Source of the DNA: Phycisphaerales bacterium
GTDB taxonomy: Bacteria; Planctomycetota; Phycisphaerae; WQYP01
Direction: 5' to 3'
Length of the DNA stretch: 64,000 nt
Assembly: GCA_027451365.1 (NCBI GenBank)
Contig: DAIDJN010000029.1
Location: forward strand, 1 to 64,000
The stretch's first letter is position 1. The number at the start of each line of letters is the position of its first letter. The notes under the pieces are model-generated. The model saw only the letters and a program-made list of their open reading frames with translations. It was not told where the DNA came from and made no database searches. The translations under genes and the position numbers were made by a program. This document shows, in pieces, positions 49,284-59,137 of the stretch.

Positions 49284-50095
49284 CAACACGCCGCCTCTTT
49301 GAATTCCGATATCGCACTTGGCTGTGTCCGCGGGCCTGATTGCGTATTCTCTTCGTCACTTGATTCCAATGCGAGAGCGATCATATTGACGGCCCGCCGC
49401 TTCAGGTCCAGATGAGGCTTATCAAGCGAAGCGTCGGGATACAAAACCCCCAGCGGTCGAATGACCAAGGGGGAATCAACCAGGCGAAAAGTGCCGGGCG
49501 GCATTGTGGTGCCGCTGCCTCGAATCAGAACCGGAACCACCGGCACACCGGTTCTGGCTGACAGCAGAAATGCGCCATCATGAAATCGGGTCAGTTTCCC
49601 ATCACGTGACCGTGTGCCTTCGGGAAACACCAGCAGGCTCACCCCGTCGCGCAGGCTTTCCGCCGCTTTGTAAAGCACGCGAGGATCCTCCACACACAGA
49701 TGCCCGCAAAGCCGCATCATTAAACCCAAAAATGGCACGCGGAAGGGCCATCGCTTAGCCCAGCAGCGGGCATCCGTCGGAAGCAGCATAAGCAGCAGAA
49801 TATCGATCAGGGATTGATGATTGGCTACCAGAATACAGGGGCCTTGGATCGCGGACCAGTCGAAATCCCCGATCCGCAGATTGCTTCCGCAGAATCGGCG
49901 CACACTGACCCGGCACATGGCCCGCAGAATCCTCCGCGGCCAGCGACCGGTTTTGTCCACCGTCAGAATTCCCAGCCATATAAATGGCGTCAGCAGCAAT
50001 GCGAAAATCGCCGTGTTGGCGATCCACAGGCTTAAGCCATAGGCGCTTCGCCAGAATATCCGCAAGTTCATTTTGGAATCCGGTTGCGCTGGCAT
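49283..50095 (-). CDS. Lysophospholipid acyltransferase (PlsC-like)
   Basis: ANHQSLID (HX4D), VFPEGTRS and an N-terminal TM. Confidence 0.9.
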   Translation of the reverse strand: MPAQPDSKMNLRIFWRSAYGLSLWIANTAIFALLLTPFIWLGILTVDKTGRWPRRILRAMCRVSVRRFCGSNLRIGDFDWSAIQGPCILVANHQSLIDILLLMLLPTDARCWAKRWPFRVPFLGLMMRLCGHLCVEDPRVLYKAAESLRDGVSLLVFPEGTRSRDGKLTRFHDGAFLLSARTGVPVVPVLIRGSGTTMPPGTFRLVDSPLVIRPLGVLYPDASLDKPHLDLKRRAVNMIALALESSDEENTQSGPRTQPSAISEFKEAAC

Positions 50096-50304
50096 CAGGT
50101 GATTCTCATGCAGTTATCCCAACCAGCGGCCAGCCAAAGCCGCCCGGTCTGAATTGAATAAGACCGGCAAGTCAGACGATTGGCCAGCCATTCGGTCTTT
50201 CCTGTCTGAATCGGCACGTTTGCTTCCTTCAATCGCGCCGCTCAATCGGATATGCTGTTATTCTACCGCATGGCGGTGAATTGTGTACTATGCGATGGAA
50301 CAGT

Positions 50305-51453
50305 ATGACGCTGGCCATAATTTCAAGCTTCTCCGCGGCGACGCCCTGCTTCCCGACGCTAACTGCGATTTTCGATGCATGGATGACCCCATCACCTTCC
50401 TCGTTGCCATCTAAATTCGGACCTTCCAGCGAATATGACAATCATGTCGACGATCCGCAAATGTTCCGCCATTTGACATTCGCGGCCATTGAGCCAGTGA
50501 TATCTGAAGTTGCCGATCGCGGAACTTGCGGCTTTATTTTGGCCAGCGCAAAAGGAAATATCGGTGTTCTGCAACACTGGCTCGATCTTAGTGGCGGTTT
50601 CGCCCGAGATGCCGCGTCACCTGGTAACCCGCCCGGCTTGATGGATTGTGCGCAGAACCTTGCCGCTGAATTTGGCCTGGGCGGTTCATGTGCCGTCGTT
50701 TCAACGGCCTGTACATCCGGCCTCTCCGGCCTGATTGAAGCGGCCATGATGGTCGATGCAGGCCAACAGACTGAAATTGTCGTATTGGCGGTGGATATTG
50801 CCAGCCTGTTTGTATGCGACGGATTCACCGCGCTTAAAGCCCTTGCGGCTCAGGCGTGTCGCCCTTTTGATCGCCACCGCGATGGCCTTGCACTCGGGTC
50901 GGCCGCGGCCGCATGTCTGGTTCAACGGTCAGATATATTTGCCGGGAAAAAGGCCGATACTTTTGCGTGCACGCTTTGCGGCCGGGGGGCGGCTATGGAC
51001 GCTGTGCATCTGACCGCGCCCGATCGCCAGGCCGGTGGCCTGATCCGTGCGGTGGAAATGGCGCTACGCACGGGCGGTCTTTCCACAAGCCAGATTGATG
51101 CGGTTCTCCTGCACGGCACCGGCACTCCTTACAACGATGCCATGGAGGCGACTGCTGTTCAAAAGATATTTTCACACAGTCCGCCCTTGACCGCCGTTAA
51201 GGGGCATATCGGCCACACGCTAGGTGCCAGCGGATTAATCGAAACTGCCCTTGCCAGTGAAATTCTCCACCGCGGCGTGTTGCCGCCGACCACTGGCCTA
51301 TCCGATTCCCAGTGGCCGGAACTTGATTTTGTCCAAACCGCACGTTCGGTTCCATCGATCCGGCGAATCCTTAAAACATCAAGCGGATTCGGTGGAATAA
51401 ATGCCGCCGTTATTCTGGAAAAGCTGAAATCAAACGATATAACAGGCGCGTGA
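50305..51453 (+). CDS. Beta-ketoacyl-ACP synthase (FabF-like, aryl-polyene/flexirubin type)
   Basis: STACTSG (Cys), LHGTGTPYND, KGHIGHTLGASG, SGFGG and ILASAKGNI. Confidence 0.88.
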   Translation: MTLAIISSFSAATPCFPTLTAIFDAWMTPSPSSLPSKFGPSSEYDNHVDDPQMFRHLTFAAIEPVISEVADRGTCGFILASAKGNIGVLQHWLDLSGGFARDAASPGNPPGLMDCAQNLAAEFGLGGSCAVVSTACTSGLSGLIEAAMMVDAGQQTEIVVLAVDIASLFVCDGFTALKALAAQACRPFDRHRDGLALGSAAAACLVQRSDIFAGKKADTFACTLCGRGAAMDAVHLTAPDRQAGGLIRAVEMALRTGGLSTSQIDAVLLHGTGTPYNDAMEATAVQKIFSHSPPLTAVKGHIGHTLGASGLIETALASEILHRGVLPPTTGLSDSQWPELDFVQTARSVPSIRRILKTSSGFGGINAAVILEKLKSNDITGA

Positions 51454-51456
51454 CTC

Positions 51457-51924
51457 ATGTGCGAAAATCAGATAATTCTTTGTCAGTACCCCGCGGACCT
51501 TGTCTTCCGGCGGTCTGACATATCGTGGCCCGGTTCGCCATCTCTCGGCGGTATCGCAGATATTATTGCGAAGTTGAATTCCGAGCTGCAGTTGTTCAGC
51601 AAAAACGCCCTGCTTGCGACTGGACTTTTTATGAGTGTGATTCATGATTCAATAGAGGCGGATATAGCCTTTAACACAAGCCGGCGGTTGGACGGCGGCA
51701 AATATGTCAGCCCGGCCGCCTTTCGCGAAACCCTTCCAAGTTCGCCCGCGGCGCAATTGTCCATTGCGTTGGGGCTTGGAGGCCCCATGGTGGTGTTTTG
51801 TGGTGATGCGGATGGCGCACAGGCCTTAGCCAGTGCCCGCCGCTGGTTGGAAAGCGGCGCGATTCATATGGCCGTGGTCGTGCATCCGCGCAGTAGCCAG
51901 ACGACAATAATGCCGTCATTATGA
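51457..51924 (+). CDS. Short ketosynthase chain-length-factor-like protein
   Basis: Follows the KS by 3 nt. SIEADIAF...VSPAAFRETLPSSPAAQLSIALGLGGP is KS N-terminal-like with no catalytic Cys motif. Confidence 0.6.
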   Translation: MCENQIILCQYPADLVFRRSDISWPGSPSLGGIADIIAKLNSELQLFSKNALLATGLFMSVIHDSIEADIAFNTSRRLDGGKYVSPAAFRETLPSSPAAQLSIALGLGGPMVVFCGDADGAQALASARRWLESGAIHMAVVVHPRSSQTTIMPSL

Positions 51925-52208
51925 GTCGTGCTCGCCAGATTTGCGTCTGATAAACCATTTCACGTCTGATAAGCAAAAACCACGCAGAATTGTCTTGCTC
52001 ACGCTGCAGGAGCGGACTAAACTCCATCTGTCGCCTGCCTGAGCTGAACCGCAAACAGGCTGACAGCTTTTTGAAACCCGGCGGGAGAGAAGGCCAAAAT
52101 TCCAACGCTTCTCCTTCGCGACGTTTCATATTTCCAATTGCCGGTTGTCCGACTGCCTTTTTTCGGTTTGCCCGAACAGTCCGACAACGGAGGACAGAGG
52201 AGTAGAAG

Positions 52209-53018
52209 ATGTATAAGAACGGAATTACCCACGGCTACGCGGCAATCGCCGGATTGGCCGCACTGGTCGGCCCATTGGCTCTTTGCGGAATAGCGCAAGC
52301 CGATTTTTCCCTGGTACTCATCGATACCGGTGCATCACAAACCGTTACCCTTAGCCAACATGCCGGCACGCTTACACCCAACAGTTCCGGCGGCGTGGTT
52401 GTCCCATTTTCGGTTGGCAGTTTTTCTGGTTATTTCACCGGCGATTTTAATTCTTCGCAGAGTGCCTTGGAAAGCGGCGGTTTAAATATCAGCAACGCGG
52501 CGGCCACCGGCACTTCGGACACCTTAAAAATCTTCTGGAGTGACAATAATCTTTCGGCATCCGGCCAGACCGGTGCGTCGGTCAGCATTTCCCAGAGCGG
52601 CGGCGGAACCGTTGTGCAAAGTGCCGGTTCTATGAGCCTGGAAACCTATATTGACCCGTCCAACTCGGTCGGGTTGCCCGGTTCCGCTTCCTATGCCGGG
52701 CCGGCTTCCGCCTCCTTTAGCAACGCATCAAATTCCCCTGAGTCCTTTACTCTGTCGGGAAACCCAACTGCTTCACTGCCGCTGCAATCGGGATCGCCAT
52801 TTGCAATCGGCCAGCTTTTTACGATTCAGCTTAGCGGTGGCGGTGCATTCGCCACCACAAATGGCCAGTTCGGTATGAACATTGCATCCACCGTTGGCAG
52901 CACCATCGTCACCACACCCGAACCTGCATCGCTTGTGTTTATCGCGATCGGGGGGCTTACTTTGCTGGTCCGGCGTCGCAAGGTTGCCGATAACGGAAGT
53001 TCGTCTGAAATTAAATAA
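52209..53018 (+). CDS. PEP-CTERM protein
   Basis: Signal peptide, Ser/Gly/Thr-rich body and TPEPASLVFIAIGGLTLLVRRRK. Confidence 0.88.
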   Translation: MYKNGITHGYAAIAGLAALVGPLALCGIAQADFSLVLIDTGASQTVTLSQHAGTLTPNSSGGVVVPFSVGSFSGYFTGDFNSSQSALESGGLNISNAAATGTSDTLKIFWSDNNLSASGQTGASVSISQSGGGTVVQSAGSMSLETYIDPSNSVGLPGSASYAGPASASFSNASNSPESFTLSGNPTASLPLQSGSPFAIGQLFTIQLSGGGAFATTNGQFGMNIASTVGSTIVTTPEPASLVFIAIGGLTLLVRRRKVADNGSSSEIK

Positions 53019-53068
53019 TGCGCGAACATGAATGAACATGTCAGCGATTTTCAAGAGAGAAGGCAAAA

Positions 53069-53818
53069 ATGAAAGCGAATATGAAATCAGTTATCTGTAC
53101 AAAATCGGCTGTGCTCGCCGGATTGTTTCTCGCCGCCGCAGTTGGCGCGCATCAGGCGCGAGCTAGTGTGGCCCTGGAATTCAACGGCAGTTCGACGCCG
53201 ATTACTTATCTGCCGCACTTGGTTACATACAGTCAGGCGACGCCGACCCTGCTAGTGCCGGATTTCACCATCAGCAGCATTTCGGGAAGTTCCAACGCCG
53301 GTAAAGGTGCCTTGGTTTCACAGTTGACGGAAAGCACCTACAGCATCGTGAACACGGGCAGCCAGACAGGGACGCTTACCATTGCACTTAGCGATCTCGG
53401 CTTTTCCGGATTTGGCGAGCTTGGTTTTGCGGAATCCGGAAGCGTTACCTTTTTAACAGGCCACTCCGGCGATTCAGTTGGATTGACTTCTTATTTAAAT
53501 ACCAACAACCAGCAATTTGGAACGGCGAACGCGCTGTCCGCTTCCACGGTTTATTTTCCCGCTGGCGGAGCGGCCAACATCACCTATCAAATAGGTCCGG
53601 CATCAGAATTGGTTGATCTGGGAAACAGTTCCGCCTTCGCCTTAAACTCTGTCGTGGCGTTGAATCTTGCGGCCGGGTCCAGTGTGAACCTGTCATTTCA
53701 GACCACGGCAGAGCCGGCTGCAATGCCGGCACCCTCCACGGTCGGCTTGTGTGGCATTGGCCTCATTGGACTGGGCATTTCGGTCCTTAGAAAACGCTCG
53801 CGAACGATCGCGGCATAA
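53069..53818 (+). CDS. PEP-CTERM-like protein (PAP variant)
   Basis: Signal peptide and MPAPSTVGLCGIGLIGLGISVLRKRSR. Confidence 0.82.
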   Translation: MKANMKSVICTKSAVLAGLFLAAAVGAHQARASVALEFNGSSTPITYLPHLVTYSQATPTLLVPDFTISSISGSSNAGKGALVSQLTESTYSIVNTGSQTGTLTIALSDLGFSGFGELGFAESGSVTFLTGHSGDSVGLTSYLNTNNQQFGTANALSASTVYFPAGGAANITYQIGPASELVDLGNSSAFALNSVVALNLAAGSSVNLSFQTTAEPAAMPAPSTVGLCGIGLIGLGISVLRKRSRTIAA

Positions 53819-53844
53819 AATCAAAATATGGTGCTGCTACCCGT

Positions 53845-53953
53845 CCAGTGCGTTGTGACACTCAGCTTTCAGGGACGGCAGCCCTCAAACCACGCAGGCT
53901 CTTCCGCATAACGTCGTTGCGTACCCTAAAATTTGAATGCGACAGAGTGCCAG
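53845..53953. mobile_element. 109-bp MITE-like element, diverged copy 2
   Basis: Right end CCCTAAAATTTGAATGCGACAGAGTGCCAG is 24/30 identical to 3718-3747. Left end CCAGTGCGTTGTGACACTCAG..CAGGGACGGCA aligns with 3639-3674. Confidence 0.6.
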
Positions 53954-53963
53954 AAGCCCGGCG

Positions 53964-54005
53964 AAAAAAAAAGAAAAGCCCATCGACGTATGCGACAGGC
54001 TTTTC
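53964..54005 (-). terminator. Rho-independent terminator on the minus strand
   Basis: Minus strand GAAAAGCCTGTCG-CATACGT-CGATGGGCTTTTC followed by T9. Confidence 0.8.
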
Positions 54006-54162
54006 CATTCTTGTTTCCGCCGATGACCGGCTGCGGCATGAAATTGCAACAAACACAATTCCGTACGGTTGCCGTAAAGCTTGGTATTCGGCGCCACGAC
54101 GCGGCATGTCCAGGCAAATTCAAACCTGGACCGGCGCGCCGGATCCCAAAAAATCATTGCGT

Positions 54163-54258
54163 TCAACGCTTCTTTGCTGATTTCTTGGTGCTTTTCTTCG
54201 CGGATTTCTTCGTGCTCTTGGCACTCTTGGATCCGGAAGCTTTCTTCTTCGTGGCCAT
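54163..54258 (-). CDS. 31-aa Lys-rich histone-H1-like microprotein MATKKKASGSKSAKSTKKSAKKSTKKSAKKR
   Basis: Strong SD AAAGGAGGTGAT immediately upstream of the ATG. 13 Lys + 1 Arg, no acidic residue. Below the ORF-track length cutoff. Confidence 0.85.
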   Translation of the reverse strand: MATKKKASGSKSAKSTKKSAKKSTKKSAKKR

Positions 54259-54377
54259 GTTATCACCTCCTTTCATGGAAGTAAGACCGTAATTCTTTTA
54301 TCGGCAACAGGTTGGCAGCCTCAACATAAAAATTTGAATTTTTTCAAAAGTTTTTTCGACAAACGTCCGACACCCGC

Positions 54378-55310
54378 CTACTCGCGTGATCTCGCTGTCA
54401 TCAGTGCGCGATTCAAAAGTATTTTTCTTAGCGGTTCAGAGGTGGCACACACTATCCATGGAACGCCATGCAATCGCGCCGCACCTTGCGACTGCGCAAT
54501 CCATTTGGCGATATTTTTACGGTATTGCGCTGCCGCTTCAGGGCCTGCGGCGACAGGACGCCTCCGGCCGGTCTCTGAATCGATTAATTCCGACGCTGGC
54601 GCGTCGATGGGATACAGTTCCTGCGGAGATAGCACTTGCAGCACCGCCATCCGTCGATGCATTGTCGCCGACAACGGCACTATGTTCGCCATGTCGGCGG
54701 GGGGGAGAAAATCGCTTATGAACAAAAGCAGTCCGTGAGATGGAATCGTTGCCATGATCCGCCGAATTGATGATTCTGATGATTGTCTGGCGTTCGCACT
54801 TGTGTGGCGCAACCATTGAATAAGGCCAGCCGCCGCCTGCGGGCGGTCAAATTTGCGCATTGCGATATCGTCGGATGCACTACCGGCGTTTTGCGCTACC
54901 GCCAGTCGACCTCCGTGCCGCAAAGCCGCCAGGCTGAATACCAGCGCCAGGTCGCGCGCCATTCTGAATTTGTTCGGTTGACCGAAGTTCATGCTCGCCG
55001 AGGTATCAAGAAAAATCGTCAATGGCAGCGATTTGCGATCATGAAACAGCCGTACCACAAGCTGGTCCAGCCGGGCAAGCGCATATTGATCTATAAATCG
55101 AAAGTCATCGCCTTGCGAATAAGCGCGAAAATCCGCTATCTCCAAGCCTGAGCTTTGCAGACCAGCCAGCCGCCCTCCTGCCGGCCAACGCATCGCCATT
55201 CCCCCGCCCGCCAGTTGGAACTGCTTTGCCAGTGCAAATACTTCCTTACCGGGCCACTTTGGTTCCGCGGTTTCCCCGGCTGCGTTCACTTCGCCTTTCA
55301 TCGGGTTCAT
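54378..55310 (-). CDS. DUF58 domain protein (vWA-like)
   Basis: DFRAYSQGDDFRFID, FLDTSASMNFG, FISDF and DSETG. Confidence 0.8.
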   Translation of the reverse strand: MNPMKGEVNAAGETAEPKWPGKEVFALAKQFQLAGGGMAMRWPAGGRLAGLQSSGLEIADFRAYSQGDDFRFIDQYALARLDQLVVRLFHDRKSLPLTIFLDTSASMNFGQPNKFRMARDLALVFSLAALRHGGRLAVAQNAGSASDDIAMRKFDRPQAAAGLIQWLRHTSANARQSSESSIRRIMATIPSHGLLLFISDFLPPADMANIVPLSATMHRRMAVLQVLSPQELYPIDAPASELIDSETGRRRPVAAGPEAAAQYRKNIAKWIAQSQGAARLHGVPWIVCATSEPLRKILLNRALMTARSRE

Positions 55311-55561
55311 TCAGGTATCCTTTAACATTAGTATATCGACTACTCCCGTAAAAAGTATGTGCCGGATGTGAACTTTCTTGCAGCCAATACGGCTTTGACT
55401 CCGGCGCTCGCCCATCTGGCCCCACAATTGGGACATAGAAGGCTCGGGAGTCGTCTGGCCGAAAAACCCGCGCAACGGTTTGAGTTGCCGCGATTGCCAG
55501 GTCGCAAAGGTATGCTTTTCAATTTTAGGAGGTGCATGTTCCAGGCCATGCGGTCATCCGT

Positions 55562-57703
55562 TCATCCGACATCTGCAAGCGAGAGCGTGGACGCAAACCG
55601 TGCCATCAGTTCCCGGCGTATTTCCGCATGCGCCGGCTCTATCAGGTGCGGATCATTTTGTGCCATCGCAATTGCGTCGGTTCGCGCTGTAGGCAGCAGA
55701 AACGGATCAAATAAAAGATCCGTAAAGGCCAAATCTCCATGACCGCTCTGCTGGGTTCCTATCAGTTCTCCCATGCCGCGAAGTTTCAAGTCTTCCTCGG
55801 CAATCTTAAAGCCACTGGTGTGTCGCACCATCGCCTGCATCCGCCGGGTGGCTTCCTGCGTCTGCTGGTCGCACATCAGAATGCAATAAGACTGATGCCC
55901 GCCTCGGCCAATGCGGCCGCGAAGCTGGTGAAGTTGCGCCAGCCCGAAATGGTCCGCATGTTCCACTACCATCAGCGAGGCATTGGGTACATCCACGCCG
56001 ACTTCAATGACGGTTGTGGAGACCAGTACGCTGATCTGTCCCTGCCGAAAATTCTCCATGGTTTTCATCCGCTCCTGACGGTCCATTCGGCCATGCAGCA
56101 GTCCCACCTGGCAATCGGCCAGTGGTCCAGCGCTTAATTCCGCCGCCAGTTGTACGGCGCTCTGCATGCCTGTCGGATTATCATCAATCGCTGGTGCTAC
56201 CACATATACCTGCCGCCCCTGGGCAATTAGTTTTCTAGCAAAGGCGTAGACCTCTTCGCGCTGCGGCCGCGCTACCGCCCGCGTGACGATCTTGCCCCGT
56301 CCCGGCGGGGATTCATCAATTGTGGAGACATCCAAGTCGCCAAACAGTGTCATTGCCAGCGTACGCGGAATAGGCGTGGCCGTCATGATTAATGTATGCA
56401 CACCCGCGTAACGGTCGCGAATAACCGCCCGCTGTTGAACTCCGAATTTATGCTGCTCATCGACCACTAGAAGCGTCAGATTTTTAAGTTGAAGTTGCTC
56501 TCGCAGCAGTGCGTGTGTGCCCACCAGAATTCCCATTGTACCGTCCGCCGCGCCTGTAATCGTGCGACGCTTTTCCACCGCGGAAAGGCCCGCGGTCAAC
56601 AGTCCCAGCTTTACCCGGCTGTTCACCAGATACCGCTGGAGCGTCAGAAAATGCTGTTCCGCCAGAAGTTCGGTCGGAGCGAGCATCGCCGCCTGGCTGC
56701 CACTGGCCACCGCCAGAAGCATCGCATACAGCGCCACTACGGTTTTGCCGCAACCCACATCCCCCTGCACCAGACGATTCATCGGAACTGTGGACGCAAG
56801 GTCCTTCCGCAAACATGCAATCACGCGATTCTGTGCGTCCGTCAGTTTGAATTCCAGCCGCGCCCGGATGCGCTTGTCCACGGTGTCATCCGCACGCAGC
56901 GGTCTGGCACCCGCGGCGTTCTGCTGCCGGGCGCGGCGCAGTGCCACCGCCAACTGGTAAAGAAAAAACTCGTGATAGGCCAAACTGTGTCGCGCTGCTT
57001 GCGTCTGCTTTAAATCAACCGGTTGGTGCACCGCCTGGTACGCCGCCCGCCGGCATGGCAGTTTTCGCGACGCCAGATAATCCGGGGCAAACCATTCCCG
57101 CACATTTGGCAGCAGCTGCGCCAGATTCCCAATGATAACTTGCCGGATCACCGCACTTGGAAGGTCCGCCGTCGCCGGATACGCCGGCTCGATTCTCGCG
57201 GCTGCGCGCGTGGACGATTCCTCGGTTACAACATCAAATAGGGGCTGCATTAACTGCGCCCGGCCGTTAAAAAAGTTTACCTGTCCGGTTGCCCGTAGTC
57301 GGCAGCCGGGCGCGATTTTATCCGGCAGATCCCACCGATTGAACCATACCAGAATACACCTTCCGGAAGCCTCTTCAATCAGCGCCTCAAAACGAGACCG
57401 CTTGCGGCGAATCATGCGGGTCTGAATGACGGTGCCCTCCACGGTTGCTTTTTGCCCGGACACCAGTTCCTGAACTTCGACCTGGCCTTGAAACTGCACG
57501 TAATCGCGCGGAAGAAAATCCAGCAAATCTCCAATGGTTCGCACCCCCAGTCGCGAAAAATGTTCCGCACGGCGCGGCCCGACTCCGTGCGCCTCGGCGA
57601 CCGATGCGTGAAATGGTGAGCCAGGGTTAAACACCGGGAAGTTTGTTCCCGGCGGCTTATCCGCGCCGGATTCGGCGATTGAATGAATGGGAATCTGCTC
57701 CAT
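55562..57703 (-). CDS. recG: ATP-dependent DNA helicase RecG
   Basis: RLVQGDVGCGKT, DEQHKFGVQQR, MTATPIPRTLA, QLHQLRGRIGRG and IAEEDLKLRG. Confidence 0.97.
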   Translation of the reverse strand: MEQIPIHSIAESGADKPPGTNFPVFNPGSPFHASVAEAHGVGPRRAEHFSRLGVRTIGDLLDFLPRDYVQFQGQVEVQELVSGQKATVEGTVIQTRMIRRKRSRFEALIEEASGRCILVWFNRWDLPDKIAPGCRLRATGQVNFFNGRAQLMQPLFDVVTEESSTRAAARIEPAYPATADLPSAVIRQVIIGNLAQLLPNVREWFAPDYLASRKLPCRRAAYQAVHQPVDLKQTQAARHSLAYHEFFLYQLAVALRRARQQNAAGARPLRADDTVDKRIRARLEFKLTDAQNRVIACLRKDLASTVPMNRLVQGDVGCGKTVVALYAMLLAVASGSQAAMLAPTELLAEQHFLTLQRYLVNSRVKLGLLTAGLSAVEKRRTITGAADGTMGILVGTHALLREQLQLKNLTLLVVDEQHKFGVQQRAVIRDRYAGVHTLIMTATPIPRTLAMTLFGDLDVSTIDESPPGRGKIVTRAVARPQREEVYAFARKLIAQGRQVYVVAPAIDDNPTGMQSAVQLAAELSAGPLADCQVGLLHGRMDRQERMKTMENFRQGQISVLVSTTVIEVGVDVPNASLMVVEHADHFGLAQLHQLRGRIGRGGHQSYCILMCDQQTQEATRRMQAMVRHTSGFKIAEEDLKLRGMGELIGTQQSGHGDLAFTDLLFDPFLLPTARTDAIAMAQNDPHLIEPAHAEIRRELMARFASTLSLADVG

Positions 57704-57764
57704 GGCACATCCGAAAAAGGCTGGTTTGACGGCGGCGGCTTTTTTTCCGCGTTGCCATTCAGAA

Positions 57765-59048
57765 TCAGGGTTGCTGCACCGGATCAGCCGACTGTTCATT
57801 CGTTGGCGTGCTGATGTTTATTGACAATTTTCGCTTTGGATCGCCCGCCAGGTACAGTGTACGTGTCGGGAATGCAATTTCCACGCCAAGTCTTTCCAGT
57901 TCGCGCAGCAGCGCAAGGTTGAAACGCTCACTGAATTCCATGTAACGCCAATAATCGGTCGATGGACGAAAGCAGTAATACACCGCAATATTCAGCGAAT
58001 CCGCGTTAAAATCGGTGAAATAAACCCGCGGCGGATTGTCGGTCGGGTCGGTTGGATTGGTCACGGACGGACCGAATTCCGGGGAGGCCAGCAGATCGCG
58101 AATCATCTTTACCGCCTGATTCATCTTCGTCACCGGCGTGTCACAGGCGACCGTGACATTTATCGCCCGCCGGATAAACGGTCGCATGGATATATTTGTT
58201 ACCGAATTGCTGACAATGTCTGAATTGGGAATGGTCACAAGCGAGCCATCCGTCTGCCGGACCCGGGTGGACCGGAACCCGATTTCCTCCACCTTTCCAG
58301 TGATGCCCTGATAGGAGACGGAATGTCCTACCAGGAACGGACGGTCCATGAAAATTGTGACGGATCCGAAAAGATTTTTCAGCGAATCCTGGGCCGCCAG
58401 CGATACCGCCAATCCCGCGATTCCCAGTCCTGCCAGCCACGAACCAATGTCGCGGTCAAATACGTTCTGCAGAATAAACAGCGCGCCGATTATGGTAACA
58501 AAAATCCGCAGCGTCTTGCGCACAATCGGCACAATCTGTTCGGTAAGGGGGGTGTCGTGACGGGCGATAAATCGTTTTAGCGCAAGTTCCACCGTGGCTA
58601 CAATGTTAAAGCCATACCAGAATATTGATATCGCCAGAAGCAGAAGTAGAATTTTTCCAGAAAAAGTTTCCAGCACCGTGCTTAAATGCAGTTGGCCAAG
58701 GCCGACCAGAAGGCCGGCGGCCAGTATGGCCAGGCTCAGCGGTGAGGCCAGACTATCCACCATGACCGCTTGAAAATGCCAATTGCGCCGTTCCAGCCGC
58801 AACGCCAGTCCGCGGCAACCGGCCGCAGCCAGTCGTCCCACCACGACACCGCCCAGAATCGCCAGCAGCAGTGTCAGCCAGTTGGCCAGGCGGTTGTCGT
58901 GCAGCAGTTGCTGAAAATTAATCTGCCGCACAACCGATTGCCACAGGCTGCCCAGACTGTGCTTCGCATGAACCGCCGCCGGATGTGTTGTCGCGGGTAT
59001 ATTTGCGGAAATACTGGACGCTGTTTTTTTAATCATTAATTGCGGCAT
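57765..59048 (-). CDS. Small-conductance mechanosensitive channel (MscS family)
   Basis: LAGLGIAGLAVSLAAQDSLKNLFG, DRPF, VEEIGFRSTR, VTIPNS and IAFPTRTL. Confidence 0.93.
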   Translation of the reverse strand: MPQLMIKKTASSISANIPATTHPAAVHAKHSLGSLWQSVVRQINFQQLLHDNRLANWLTLLLAILGGVVVGRLAAAGCRGLALRLERRNWHFQAVMVDSLASPLSLAILAAGLLVGLGQLHLSTVLETFSGKILLLLLAISIFWYGFNIVATVELALKRFIARHDTPLTEQIVPIVRKTLRIFVTIIGALFILQNVFDRDIGSWLAGLGIAGLAVSLAAQDSLKNLFGSVTIFMDRPFLVGHSVSYQGITGKVEEIGFRSTRVRQTDGSLVTIPNSDIVSNSVTNISMRPFIRRAINVTVACDTPVTKMNQAVKMIRDLLASPEFGPSVTNPTDPTDNPPRVYFTDFNADSLNIAVYYCFRPSTDYWRYMEFSERFNLALLRELERLGVEIAFPTRTLYLAGDPKRKLSINISTPTNEQSADPVQQP

Positions 59049-59137
59049 CGGATTTTCTCAATTTTGGCGGGGCCTGTTGCGGCGTGGCATGGAAACTCGC
59101 GATTCGCGATTCCATTTCTGCACGGTCGGTCCGCTGT

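Noticed and set aside
52005..52075. Riboswitch-like AACCGC..GCTGAC segment upstream of the PEP-CTERM gene
   Set aside because: It does not fit the fluoride or c-di-GMP consensus well enough. An Rfam scan is needed.
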